Shown here: positions 38,207 to 39,322 of the stretch, piece by piece | Layout of the letters: each line of letters starts with the position of its first letter | How positions within the stretch are numbered: position 1 is the first letter of the stretch | Source: Bugula neritina | Lineage: Eukaryota > Animalia > Bryozoa | Assembly: GCA_964035545.1 (NCBI GenBank) | Contig: CAXIUT010000131.1 | Location: 1 to 39,322, forward strand | Direction: 5' to 3' | DNA length: 39,322 nucleotides | Program-made: the position numbers and the translations under genes | The notes under the pieces: generated by a model | What the model saw: the letters and a program-made list of their open reading frames with translations, nothing else | The model's database searches: none | What the model was told of the DNA's origin: nothing

Positions 38207-39322
38207 AATTAAATACAAATGATAATAAATAGTCATAGACCGTCTCCTTTCATTACTCCCATAATCGAATTGATATTTTGATATTAAACTTATTTTATTT
38301 GCCAAAGATGATCGACAGTTGAATCGATTTGTTTCATGTTTTTCATTTTTTTCTATATATTTCGCCAAGACTAACGTAACTAATTCAACTTTATATTCTA
38401 CTATTTTTACTTAGAAAATATCATACTTAATTTCCTGTTATTTTCTTGCTAATATTCATTCTAAACTTTCAATCTTTTGTTCTATCCTTCTACCTGATAC
38501 AATTTCCCTTTTATTTGTTAATTTTATTATCTCAATTGATAAATTTCACTTGACAGTTTATTTATTTATGATTTATTGATGGTTTCTTAGTTCCCTTTTG
38601 AATTTCTTGATAGTTCTTATAATTTATCAACTTCGCTTCTTTGGCTGATATCTTTTGACAGAATCAGCTATTTTTATAATTAGCTGATATTTTATTTTTT
38701 TTATTTTAATTATAACTAAAGAACTTTCTTCTATATTTAATTCTATTAATTTTTTTGATTAAGAGTGGTCCATTCTTTCTGTAATCTTTGAAATTATGAC
38801 TACATTTGATTGCATCTTTATTATATTTATTTGACTTTATCATCGCCAAAAGAAGAACTATTTTTAACCATTTTCGATGATATTTTTTGATATTATTGTA
38901 ATTATATTTATAATTATTCCTTTTATATTTTTAACAATTTTATCTGCGATTAGTCATTTGATATTATCTGTTATAATTATACCATTTTTATCTATAAACT
39001 TTCTTTCTATATCTTCAAATTTTCATATTACTTTTATTTTTTCAACTAGCGTTTCTTACACTATGAATTTTCTTTTGATTTTTAGTATTTTAGTTAGGTT
39101 ATTACTTACATATATTTCAATTTTTCATTTTATAGTTATTAACATTGTTTGTACAAATCTATGTTCTTTCGACGTAAATCAGCTACTGTCTGCTCATGCT
39201 ACTCACATTTTTTTTATATGGTTTTTATCTTTTATTTATCTCGGTTTTCTTTGAGATCTATTGTTCGTTTTTATTATTACTGGGTCCAACTTTTATATGG
39301 TGAGTCAGGAACATTTTATTGT
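38207..39322 (-). CDS. Hypothetical coiled-coil protein, partial (starts beyond the window)
   Basis: Strongly purine-rich minus strand encoding K/E/N/D-rich sequence that runs toward the telomeric tract. Confidence 0.45.

Noticed and set aside
38078-38368. ORF-track protein with a (PN)n/(PT)n linker
   Set aside because: The repeat is the C4A2 telomere sequence and the ORF boundaries derive from the wrong genetic code. The frame relationship across this tract could not be established.
782-39254. Most short ORFs in the supplied six-frame track
   Set aside because: They were computed with TAA/TAG as stops, so they are fragments of longer genes or antisense and off-frame shadows.

Overview
AT-rich, gene-dense ciliate macronuclear DNA, not prokaryotic. 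The window starts in a (CCCCAA)n telomere. The supplied ORF track is misleading because TAA and TAG encode glutamate and TGA is the only stop (peritrich-type code, translation table 30). Invariant catalytic and metal-binding Glu positions show this. Re-read with that code, the window holds roughly 30 tightly packed genes, split by tiny GT-AG introns that are almost all exactly 20 nt. Recognisable genes include TMEM222-like, TSEN34-like, Sec23/24-like, a secreted META-repeat protein, RINGv-FHA, WDR89-like, a SHIPPO-repeat protein, PEX5, MYCBP-like, a CNBD K+ channel, an ankyrin protein, RPL5, TBCA, a cytosolic carboxypeptidase, three EF-hand proteins (two are tandem paralogs) and an SK-like channel. 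The most striking structure is five internal (GGGGTT)n tracts of telomere length (74-101 nt), all in the same orientation. At least three lie inside genes and appear to overwrite a similar length of coding sequence, and the terminal telomere also cuts a gene. The best explanation is a population of overlapping, heterogeneously fragmented macronuclear minichromosomes with telomeres added inside genes, tiled by a long-read assembler. Scattered single-base homopolymer frameshifts look like sequencing errors. All translations were done by hand, so the boundaries of hypothetical genes are approximate.
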